A stretch of 36,189 bases of DNA from Rhodothermales bacterium (GTDB lineage Bacteria > Bacteroidota > Rhodothermia > Rhodothermales > VXPQ01), in the NCBI GenBank assembly GCA_040904565.1, contig JBBDTI010000061.1:6188-42376 (forward strand). The letters are read 5' to 3'. Position 1 is the stretch's first letter. The number at the start of each line of letters is the position of its first letter. This document shows positions 9,001 through 16,575 of this stretch, one piece after another. Both the position numbers and the translations under genes were made by a program. The notes beneath the pieces are model-generated. The model saw only the letters and a program-made list of their open reading frames with translations, did not search any database and was not told where the DNA came from.

Positions 9001-9290
9001 CGCCGTTGTCGTTGCCGGACGTCTCACGACTTCCCACCGCGGTGTTTGCGCCCGGTCCAGCCCTGGCACTGGAGGCGTCGCCAACGGAGCTCGCGCGGAC
9101 GCCCGCCCTGGCACTGGAACCTCCGGCAGCGGAGCTCGGGCGGACGCCGCCCATGGAACCGCTCCTCCGCATTGGGACCGAAGCCTCCGCTCCCTCCCCG
9201 CGCCTCCCCGCCATGATCCTCTGGATCTGCACGGCCATGCTGCTCTCGCTCGGCTTGCATGTGACGCGCAGGAGAAGAATGGTTGTTTAG
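6060..9290 (+). CDS. Fimbrial usher-like outer membrane protein with C-terminal Ig-like domains, Pro-rich linker and hydrophobic tail
   Basis: Signal peptide; plug-like segment ISGQAEPDWELELYMDDRLID..GVYRFQVPVTYGSS; long amphipathic beta-strand region; FVDRNANGTLDADE and GSFYEMGFRPGTYEV Ig-like domains; TTG start. Confidence 0.75.
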   Translation: MNRPAPHGIPIGLGPAPIVLLLLASVLAGTPPSYAQDVESPLAYVAGDDGARRDDDSEEPAQEIILSFRYGDLVTADVSARFLGSDVYVPVGGLFSLLGVAWQLDRDAPAISGFYLDETRSYRLDFGSGTAHIGSSTVPMLSDDYIEREHDVFVKPYLLDDVFGLRVEFDLAALSIHVRSDEPLPVEMNRRRARQRPAEIDPFAAFRHAPLAFQRTRKSIGGGVADYNVSINKTHDRTRVNLQTALGAEVLGGDLAWQGRAGVGSTAFVAHDYVRWRYVMDDTPLLRQVRLGTLHATGLRPDAYRGIHLTNQPARPERLFGEYTISGQAEPDWELELYMDDRLIDVTRAPASGVYRFQVPVTYGSSQFHVQAYGPAGEVRHLRRRIQVPFSMVSPGDLRYNVHVGERRERSGFLGQADVGYGVSKHLTTRLGFDYADGAPGRRPTVYGSVTSRLLHHYLATMDVSDRGLQRFSIHAFYPSQSSLEVQYIRSDPSTRHRLSGRRSHTSASGFLPFHVGRFPMSVRLSASRSQYGGDQQYRFRSHLQAAFNSLQLYVTAETDVTESYRSSTIRPAMSFVLSRPPPSMAYFRGLLLSARARYNASDHRLDGIELNAAHSVTPDTRVQLFTHLGMSGRASSVGIRLSTALPFARSVTDTRVTSSSTNVVQSVRGSLIFDKRSGRILAGDRPAVGRAAAALRLFVDRNANGTLDADEHVLEHNAVHLDRGSALSSGHQDGVTHVGDLLPYERYTARIEEGAIANPLWVPDRSSFSFIADPNGVKQIDVPLFAAGVVEGTVVDARTGEPLAVSGLLVRIVDVDEGSERVLQTFSDGSFYEMGFRPGTYEVQLDADQLHARDLSAAAASERFVVRATENGDFVDDLRLAVVERPAAPERLLAGESDASDSSDTSDAPEKDGPEKLAPSTATPLAETTSVQPPRPAIPIPTDRPLPEHGAIAWPTPFAIEAVHADDSVAARNSARPPRPPLSLPDVSRLPTAVFAPGPALALEASPTELARTPALALEPPAAELGRTPPMEPLLRIGTEASAPSPRLPAMILWICTAMLLSLGLHVTRRRRMVV
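9060..9149 (+). repeat. 45-bp imperfect in-frame tandem duplication in usher linker
   Basis: Encodes ALALEASPTELARTP / ALALEPPAAELGRTP. Confidence 0.8.
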
Positions 9291-10654
9291 AATACGCGGG
9301 TGAGTCCGTATACCGCGACCAGGATGATCGAAACGATGCTGATCCACAATACGACGTCGTACAGGCGTCCGGGCCGCAGCTCGTCCGGAGCCCGGCGATA
9401 TCGAAAGTGAATGACGGCGAACACGACGATGAGCAGGATGACCGTCGTCGCCACACCGCCGATGGCCACCATGATGGCCGGCGTCTGCATCCACAGGAAC
9501 AGCGACGCCCAGATGAGCGGGATCGACCACGCCAGCCAGGCGATGGCCTTTCGTCGCTGCTCGACGTCCTTAAAATCCATCCATCCGATCTGACCGAATG
9601 CGTCGGAAAACAGGCGTGTCCAGATGGCCAGGGCGCCGAAGAGGGTTGAAAATAGCACCGCGAACGCACCGGCGAGAAAGATGGTGCCCGCCCACTCGCC
9701 CAGACTTCTCGTGTAGAGCTGTGAGAGCGTTTCCACGAGCTGCATGCCTTCGGGAAGGATGCCCTGGCGATGCAGGATGGTCGCACCTAGCAGGTAGAAG
9801 GCGGCCGTCATGAGCGTGTAGACGATCATCGCGGCCACCGCATCCATATACATCACCCGCATCCATCCCTTCGCGCGCCGCTGCCAGGCTTCGGTGCGCT
9901 CGTAGGGGCCGGTATAGGCCGCGTAGCCCTTCTCGATGAGCCAGTAGTTGTAGGCCATGATTTCGTCGCCGCCCACGCCGGTGATGCCGAACGCTCCGAT
10001 GGCGACGAGGACGACTTCCGGAGGGAGGTTGAACGTGAGGCCGCTAATCAGCTCCGCACTGGAGAAGGCGAAGTCCGTGTACTGCACGGCGACGACCGAG
10101 ACGATCGTCAGCACCGTAAAGAGTCCGATCAAGACGAGCGAGAGCTTCTCGATCGGCGCATATTTACCCTGGTAGATGATGAGCGAAACCGCGATGGCCG
10201 TGAGGTAGCACCAGACGGCCACGTGTACCTGCGGGAAGACGATCGTCAGCACGAGCGCCGTACCGCCGATAACCCCGCCGACCTGCATCATCTTGAAGGT
10301 CATGAGGCCGAGCCACGTCCAGATCGTCCAGTTCGCCTTTCCGAACTTCGGCCCGGGAAGGCCATTGAGTCCCTCCATGGTCGTCTCGCCGGAGTAGATG
10401 GCCTGGCGCCCGAATTCGACCTGCACGGCAACCTTGACGAGGCAGCTGACGAGGATCACCCAGAAGGTGACGAATCCGGCCTCGGCACCCAGCCTCGTGG
10501 TGGCGATCAGCTCGCCCGACCCGACGATGGACGCGGAAAGGATGAATCCGGGCCCCAGAAAGCGCAGCCGGTCGCGAAAGCTCCCCGGCGGCTCGCGCAC
10601 CTTCTCTGCCGTCAGATCGTAGGGATTGTCCTTGAGAACGGGGAGCGTGGGCAT
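9287..10654 (-). CDS. Nramp-like (APC superfamily) transporter with GSGE instead of DPGN
   Basis: LGPGFILSASIVGSGELI, FGITGVGGDE, roughly 11 hydrophobic segments; alternative start 10699. Confidence 0.82.
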   Translation of the reverse strand: MPTLPVLKDNPYDLTAEKVREPPGSFRDRLRFLGPGFILSASIVGSGELIATTRLGAEAGFVTFWVILVSCLVKVAVQVEFGRQAIYSGETTMEGLNGLPGPKFGKANWTIWTWLGLMTFKMMQVGGVIGGTALVLTIVFPQVHVAVWCYLTAIAVSLIIYQGKYAPIEKLSLVLIGLFTVLTIVSVVAVQYTDFAFSSAELISGLTFNLPPEVVLVAIGAFGITGVGGDEIMAYNYWLIEKGYAAYTGPYERTEAWQRRAKGWMRVMYMDAVAAMIVYTLMTAAFYLLGATILHRQGILPEGMQLVETLSQLYTRSLGEWAGTIFLAGAFAVLFSTLFGALAIWTRLFSDAFGQIGWMDFKDVEQRRKAIAWLAWSIPLIWASLFLWMQTPAIMVAIGGVATTVILLIVVFAVIHFRYRRAPDELRPGRLYDVVLWISIVSIILVAVYGLTRVF

Positions 10655-10714
10655 GGGGATACCACGTACGCGGGCTGTGGAAGCTGGCGCGGGCTGCATG
10701 TGGGAAGGATTCGA

Positions 10715-13465
10715 TTAACGGCCGAGCGAGAGGAGGTTGGCGAAGATCCGATAGGCGCCCGGCACTCCGTAAGGAAGTTGCCGGTGCACGGCATAGGCAA
10801 AGTACGTATACGTTCCCGCACCGTAATCGGCGATCAGCCAGCCACCTTGCTGCGGATCCTGGCCCAGGTCCTGCGTTTCGATCAGCGGAGTGTATGCGTC
10901 ATCCCATTCCGAAAAAAACTTGGAGCCCCGCTGCTCGATCCACCCGTCAAAGTCCGCCGCCGCGATCTCGTTCGGCTGGTTGAAAACAGGGTGTTCTGGA
11001 GCGAGAATGCGCACGGGGGCGTCCTCCTCGGACACTTCCTCCGCCGAACGCGGCAGTTCAGCCGGGAAGGCCGCCGCATCGTTCGGCACGAATTCGGGCG
11101 TCTGATACAGGACGATCAGGTGGCCCCCGTTACGGGCATAGTCGAGCAGGCGCTGGTTGTACGTCCACAGATCCTGGCGGACGGCATACGCCCGCGTGCC
11201 GACGACGATGACGTCGTACCCTGACAGGTCGGCACCCGCAAGTTCGGCCGTACCAAAGAGGTCGACACGCGCGCCCAGCCGCCGGATACCGGATGGCACC
11301 TCGTCGCCCACACCCATCACGTAACCCACCGTCAGGTCGGGTGCGATCTGCACGTCAACGCCGCGAACCTGCGTTTCAGCCGGCCGGAAAATATACTGCG
11401 TGTCGATGTCGAGCTGCGTGATGACCTCGTATCCCGTTCGATACTCTTCACCGTCCACCATCGCCACGGCCTCTACGAGGTAGTCCCGATCCTCCATGGT
11501 CGGGATCTCCACCTGCACGGCGAAGGTCCGCCGCTGTCCGGCATCCGTAAATGAGAACTCGTTTCGAGCCGGATCGGCGCGCCAACCCGCGGGAAGGTCC
11601 ACACGCAGCACGCCCTCTGCCCCGGAGGGCCGGTTGTTGACGAGTTCGACGTCCAGGTCGAACACGCGCCGGTCGCCGCCCAGCGGAACGATCCGCATCT
11701 CCGGACGCATGTTGACGGCAATCACCGGCGCAATCTTCAAGGCACGCATCTCGTAGCCGTACGGAAAATTCGCCTCGCGGCGCCGTACCGTCGAGACGAG
11801 ACCAACCGGCACGTCGTAGACCGTGTACGTGGCCGTAGCGGTTAGGAGAGGCGGACGATGGGGACGGTGCCGGTAGGAAGCGTAGCGTATGTCGTATCTA
11901 CTGTCTCGGATCGATTCACGGTAATAGTAGCGATGGGATACGCCGGCATCGGCCGGTACGGTCATCTCCATCGCCAGATCCACGTGCTCGTTCTCGCTCA
12001 GCGTCCGATCTACAGGAATGCTTGCGACGTATGAATCCGAATTAACCATGTCGGAAAAATCGGTCCACTGCGACGACGCATCCAGCCGCATTCCCCGCAC
12101 GTGGATCGCATCTCCACCTGCGTTGACAAGCCTCGATTGGACCCGAACGTCCTGACCGGGCACGGCAATCCCCATCGTCGCCCGCGACCCCCACGGACTG
12201 TCCGAGTCCACCGTACCGGGCGGCACGGCGACGGCCTCAAGACGAACGCCCAGCGCCGTGTTGATGGCATGCTCGAACTGCCGCTCTTTGATCTGCAAAT
12301 ACATATGGGCATCCGAGCCGTATTCGAACGCATCCATCGCGCGGCGCAACTTCTCCAGGCCCAGCGCGAGCGATGCCGCCATCGTAGCCGTTCGCTCGAC
12401 GTTGAAGCTCGCCACGGCATCGTCGACGTGGCCCATCACGGCTTCAAGAAGAGCGTGCGTTTCCGCCGAAACGTCTACGTCGAAAAGAGCCGGGAGACCG
12501 CGCAGTGACGTGTCGATCCCGTCGAAGAGGCTCGATTCCTGATCGGGGCTCTCTACGACGGCATCCATGCGTTCGTAATACCGAACGTAGGGACCGACCG
12601 ACTCGCGATAGGCACCGCTCGTCTGCGAACGCTGGTACTGCAGCCCCTCGGAGGCCACGTTCCGATACGAGGCTCCAAGGCTCGAGCTGTACGTTCCCGC
12701 GTCGATGCGGACGTTCCAGTGTTCGTCCTCGCGCACTCCGCCCCGGTATAGCTTGAGGGGCTGCCAGGGTTGCAGGCCTTCCTCGCTGATCTGCTCCGGG
12801 AAACGGTTCGGGTCCGCCGCCGCACGAAATGCTTCCTGCGCCATCACGCCGGCCGTTTCGTGGTGGCCGTGCCCATCCCGCTCCGTCCCATGAAACCGTG
12901 CGAGCACGACCAGAGGGCGGTTAAGCCGAATGACGCGAACGACGTCGCGAAGCACGTTTTCACGCCCCCAGTTTCGCAGCGCCTCGTCGAGCACCTTCGA
13001 GAATCCGTAGTCGATTGCGGTCGTAAAATAGAGATCGTCGAGTCCATAATAGGCTCCGGACAGAAGCAACTCCTCGGTCCGTACGAGCCCGAGCTCGTCG
13101 AACAGCTCCGATCCGACCGCGTTGGCACCGCCTTCACCTCTGGTAAGCGAAAGGAGCGCGACCCGGGCCCCTTCCCCCCGGCTGAGGTATGTGAGGACCC
13201 CGCCGTGTTCGTCATCCGGATGGGCTACGACGTGCAGCACGCTCGCCGTCGTACGGAGCTTTTGCAGATCCTGCCACAGGCCCGTGCCCCCGCGATCGAT
13301 CTGCAGCTCGTCAAGGCTCCGATCGGCATCCGTTAGCATCATGACCCGATCCAGGCCCTCGGCGGATTGCGCGAACGCCGGCCGCGAAGGAAGTGCGAGC
13401 GCCGACGTGAGGAAAACAACCGTCAATACGACGGATGTACGCAATTGGAGTAGACGAAAATTCAT
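10715..13465 (-). CDS. Secreted PIG-L/LmbE family deacetylase with NEW3-like Ig domain and C-terminal GATase-like domain
   Basis: AHPDDE, LTRGEGG, RTEEL, DYGFSK and HGHH motifs; signal peptide from ATG 13465; C-terminal GYVMGVGDEVP...RQLPYGVPGAYRIFANL. Confidence 0.88.
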   Translation of the reverse strand: MNFRLLQLRTSVVLTVVFLTSALALPSRPAFAQSAEGLDRVMMLTDADRSLDELQIDRGGTGLWQDLQKLRTTASVLHVVAHPDDEHGGVLTYLSRGEGARVALLSLTRGEGGANAVGSELFDELGLVRTEELLLSGAYYGLDDLYFTTAIDYGFSKVLDEALRNWGRENVLRDVVRVIRLNRPLVVLARFHGTERDGHGHHETAGVMAQEAFRAAADPNRFPEQISEEGLQPWQPLKLYRGGVREDEHWNVRIDAGTYSSSLGASYRNVASEGLQYQRSQTSGAYRESVGPYVRYYERMDAVVESPDQESSLFDGIDTSLRGLPALFDVDVSAETHALLEAVMGHVDDAVASFNVERTATMAASLALGLEKLRRAMDAFEYGSDAHMYLQIKERQFEHAINTALGVRLEAVAVPPGTVDSDSPWGSRATMGIAVPGQDVRVQSRLVNAGGDAIHVRGMRLDASSQWTDFSDMVNSDSYVASIPVDRTLSENEHVDLAMEMTVPADAGVSHRYYYRESIRDSRYDIRYASYRHRPHRPPLLTATATYTVYDVPVGLVSTVRRREANFPYGYEMRALKIAPVIAVNMRPEMRIVPLGGDRRVFDLDVELVNNRPSGAEGVLRVDLPAGWRADPARNEFSFTDAGQRRTFAVQVEIPTMEDRDYLVEAVAMVDGEEYRTGYEVITQLDIDTQYIFRPAETQVRGVDVQIAPDLTVGYVMGVGDEVPSGIRRLGARVDLFGTAELAGADLSGYDVIVVGTRAYAVRQDLWTYNQRLLDYARNGGHLIVLYQTPEFVPNDAAAFPAELPRSAEEVSEEDAPVRILAPEHPVFNQPNEIAAADFDGWIEQRGSKFFSEWDDAYTPLIETQDLGQDPQQGGWLIADYGAGTYTYFAYAVHRQLPYGVPGAYRIFANLLSLGR

Positions 13466-13544
13466 GTCACCACCTACCACGGGTAGTTGTCGATGATTGC
13501 AAGAGTTCAAGCGCGGGCGGACGTCTCGAGGCACTAAAGCGCCC

Positions 13545-15590
13545 TCAGCGCGCTACCGTGGGGATAAGACCGACGCGGAGCGTCGTCGCCCCATACGGCA
13601 GAAGCGTAATCTCCTCGAGCGGCTCGTCGGTCTGCGCCGGACTGTAAGGAAGCGGACCGGCCGATCCGTTATACTCGCCCCACGACGGAATGCGCCGTCC
13701 CATGGCACGAAGCCGGACGGGTACGTCGGACTCGGTCCACGGATAGGCAGTGGACGCGGAGCGATGGACCTCGAAGGATGCAGCCGGGTTTTCATCGTCA
13801 AGCGCCAGTCCGAAATTCCATGCCCCTTGCGGATGAACCTCCCATCCCGTCTCGCCCCGCATCTCGGGATTCGGCAGCCGCACCTGGTGCTCCCGGCCCG
13901 GAACGGCGAGCGCGAAAACGAGTGGTCCGCGGTGGACGGACACGGCCCGCTCGCGGCCGCGCTGCACGTCGACCTGCGCCGGCAGCTCGAGCGTCACGAC
14001 ATCCCCGTCGCTCCACGTCCGCGCCACCTGAACGATCTGTCCGGCTTCCGGCGTATCCCACGTCTCGCCGTTGACGACGATGCGTGCATCCCGCGTCCAT
14101 CTTGGAATACGCAGGTGGAACGGGAACGCAACCGGTTCGTCCACCTCGATCGTGAAACGAACCGTATCCTCGAACGGGTAGCTCGTCTCTTCGCGCACGT
14201 GCACCTCGTTTTCCTCTCCGACGAAGGCCGTCACGGCACTCGGACCGTATGCGAGCGCCGCGAGACCTCCATCTCTGCTCGCCATCCAGAGGTGCTGCAC
14301 GTACTTGGGCCACCCCTGATGGAGATTTGTCGTGCAGCACGGATAGCCTGTGAGGAGCCCGAAGCAGATGTCGGTTCCGTCGTGCGGCGTGATGAAATTG
14401 CGCGTTCCGAGACTGATTCGAACCTGATTCGCCTGCTGAAAGTACTGGCGCGCCGAGAAATCGTCGTTGATGTGCGTGGGCAGGGCGTTGTACGCGACGC
14501 GCTCCAGCCGGTCCACCCAGGCCACGTCGCCCGTGATCTTCGCCAGCCGCTCGAGACTGTACATGAACTCGACGACGGCGCAGAGCTCCGTACCGTGCGT
14601 CGGGTCGGTGCCGTGGAGCTCCTCATCGCCGGAGAAAAGCCCGTGCACCTGCCCGTGCCGTTCCATAATCGCCTCCATGCCGCGATGCACGGCGTCCAGG
14701 TAGCGCTGCTCGCCCGTCTGGAGATACTGCAGCGCCGGCTGCTTGACGGCCATGGCCACATTGACGACGTGGGTGTACCAGTAATCGTCGTTAGACTTTC
14801 CGGAAAGGAAATCGCTCGTCCAGTCCTGCGTCTGCTCGAAGACGAGGTCGGCCAGTTCGAGCAAGAAAGCGTCCCCGGTGCGATTGTAGAGCCAGTAGAT
14901 ACTTTCCTGATTTTCGCCGCCTCGAGCCGTCGCCCAGTTCGTCCACGTGTCGAGCGGCGTCTCCGGCAGCGTTTCGAGCTGATACCGGAAATACCGCGTC
15001 ATCAGCTCGATCACGCGCTCGTCCCCGGTAGCCTCATAATGCGAACGGAGCACCTTCAGCATGACCATCCGCGGCCACCAGTCGGCAGGAGCCATCTGCT
15101 GCACCCTCGAGCCTCCCTCGGCACTGGCATCCTCCGGGGCCGGACCAAAAAATCCGTCCGCGCGCTGGCTGGACAGGGTCCATTCGATGTAAGGACGGGC
15201 CTTCTCGACGAGCGTTTCATCGCCGAGAATATGGGCGAGCGGTACGAGTCCGTCGAGCCAGTACGGCCCCCGCTCCCAGTTGTCACCGTCGCCTCCGCGC
15301 CATCCGTTGGATTCGCCGACCAGCGGATATAACTCGTCGAGATGACCGGTCATCCCGCCTGCCGCCCGTTCGAGCTGCTCGCGCAGCCAGCCCCGCGGCT
15401 GAACGTCGCCCAACGGCAGCGTGGTATACGGCGTTTCGGCAAGCGGCGGCCGAGTAAACACGTAGCCGCGATCCGTGGTGTCAATCGGTGAGAAAAGATG
15501 CGCCTGCGAACGCTCGAAATCTTCCCCAACGTCCGCGGACCAGATCGAGGTCAGCAGCAGAAGCCCTATATGTGCTAACGTCACCATCAC
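13545..15590 (-). CDS. Glycoside hydrolase family 127 (beta-L-arabinofuranosidase/aceric acidase-like)
   Basis: WERGPYWLDG, HVVN, FSGDEE, GTELCAVVE, LERVAYNALP, YPCCTTNLHQGWPK (Zn-Cys cluster); N-terminal signal sequence; SD GAGGAGG. Confidence 0.88.
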   Translation of the reverse strand: MMVTLAHIGLLLLTSIWSADVGEDFERSQAHLFSPIDTTDRGYVFTRPPLAETPYTTLPLGDVQPRGWLREQLERAAGGMTGHLDELYPLVGESNGWRGGDGDNWERGPYWLDGLVPLAHILGDETLVEKARPYIEWTLSSQRADGFFGPAPEDASAEGGSRVQQMAPADWWPRMVMLKVLRSHYEATGDERVIELMTRYFRYQLETLPETPLDTWTNWATARGGENQESIYWLYNRTGDAFLLELADLVFEQTQDWTSDFLSGKSNDDYWYTHVVNVAMAVKQPALQYLQTGEQRYLDAVHRGMEAIMERHGQVHGLFSGDEELHGTDPTHGTELCAVVEFMYSLERLAKITGDVAWVDRLERVAYNALPTHINDDFSARQYFQQANQVRISLGTRNFITPHDGTDICFGLLTGYPCCTTNLHQGWPKYVQHLWMASRDGGLAALAYGPSAVTAFVGEENEVHVREETSYPFEDTVRFTIEVDEPVAFPFHLRIPRWTRDARIVVNGETWDTPEAGQIVQVARTWSDGDVVTLELPAQVDVQRGRERAVSVHRGPLVFALAVPGREHQVRLPNPEMRGETGWEVHPQGAWNFGLALDDENPAASFEVHRSASTAYPWTESDVPVRLRAMGRRIPSWGEYNGSAGPLPYSPAQTDEPLEEITLLPYGATTLRVGLIPTVAR

Positions 15591-15626
15591 ACGTGACCCT
15601 CCTCGTAAGACCCAATGACTTCATCG

Positions 15627-16313
15627 TCAGAAGCGAAAACCGAGCGATACGCCGGCCATGACCGGCGAGAGCGGAACGTCAACCGTACTGCTCGCGCCGC
15701 GACTTGCATCGAAAAACGCTTCGGTAAACTGAGCGACCGCCGCTCCGGCCCATGGATTCAGGGAGAGATACGGGGTACCCAGTGGAATTTCCAGACCTAC
15801 GATTAATCCCATGCCTGGACGCGAATCCGGTCGCACGGCAATCGACTCGCCGTCACCGAACGGCGGCCCCGGCCCCTCCAGCAAGAGATCCTCATACCAG
15901 GCATACAAAATAAACAGATCCGCGACAACATGGATTCCCCCATCGTCCAGGAAGTGCCCGACGACGCCGAGCGCAAGTACGTTCGCGCCCATCGCATCGC
16001 GCGACTCGAAGGTGCTGCCATCTGAAAACGTCTGCTGCCGGATGAAATCATGATCCGACCACGTGAACCCGCTCAGGCTGATGCCGAGCGACTCCGTGAA
16101 GCGCCGTTCGACGCGGACCTTGTAGAATATGCCGTCGCCAACATCCGTGGTTACCACCGTACCGAGTCCGATTTCCACGCTGGATTCGCCGTCGGAGTGC
16201 ATGTACCCACCACCGATCTGGACGCGCCAGGTGGGCGTCGACTGAGCGACCACGGAGGCAGGCAAGCCGGACACCGCGACGATGGTTATCAGAAAAAAAA
16301 GACGCCAAACCAT
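15627..16313 (-). CDS. OmpW/OmpA-like small outer membrane beta-barrel protein
   Basis: Signal peptide, alternating amphipathic strands, C-terminal PLSPVMAGVSLGFRF resembling OmpW C-termini. Confidence 0.7.
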   Translation of the reverse strand: MVWRLFFLITIVAVSGLPASVVAQSTPTWRVQIGGGYMHSDGESSVEIGLGTVVTTDVGDGIFYKVRVERRFTESLGISLSGFTWSDHDFIRQQTFSDGSTFESRDAMGANVLALGVVGHFLDDGGIHVVADLFILYAWYEDLLLEGPGPPFGDGESIAVRPDSRPGMGLIVGLEIPLGTPYLSLNPWAGAAVAQFTEAFFDASRGASSTVDVPLSPVMAGVSLGFRF

Positions 16314-16362
16314 ACGGAAATGCCTCGTCTGTAGTTTAATACGTATACGAACTGCCTGGCTT

Positions 16363-16391
16363 AGTACATCGATTCATAAATACGATGTACT
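16363..16391. promoter_or_regulatory. Perfect 9-bp inverted repeat, candidate operator in divergent promoter
   Basis: AGTACATCG-N11-CGATGTACT in an AT-rich intergenic region. Confidence 0.5.
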
Positions 16392-16575
16392 TAGTCACGC
16401 AGCAGGTCAGCGTGATCCGAAATTCTCGATTAAACAGTACGCGAGCGGCATCAAATACCCAGCGGACCGGTGCGCCAGGCCCTCCCACACGAAACCTTCT
16501 CCATCAGCGGACGAACACTAAACTCGGAATCTCGCGTATCGATCCTTCGTTACCCTACTCCTACATTCCTCTACC

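Noticed and set aside
3923-9290. Pilus operon as a mobile element
   Set aside because: No integrase, transposase, tRNA target or flanking direct repeats seen
13497-15332. 611-aa plus-strand ORF and similar long antisense ORFs (e.g. 6480-7604, 21432-22775, 25656-26687, 29368-30300)
   Set aside because: Shadow ORFs opposite well-supported genes, expected in GC-rich DNA; no recognisable motifs
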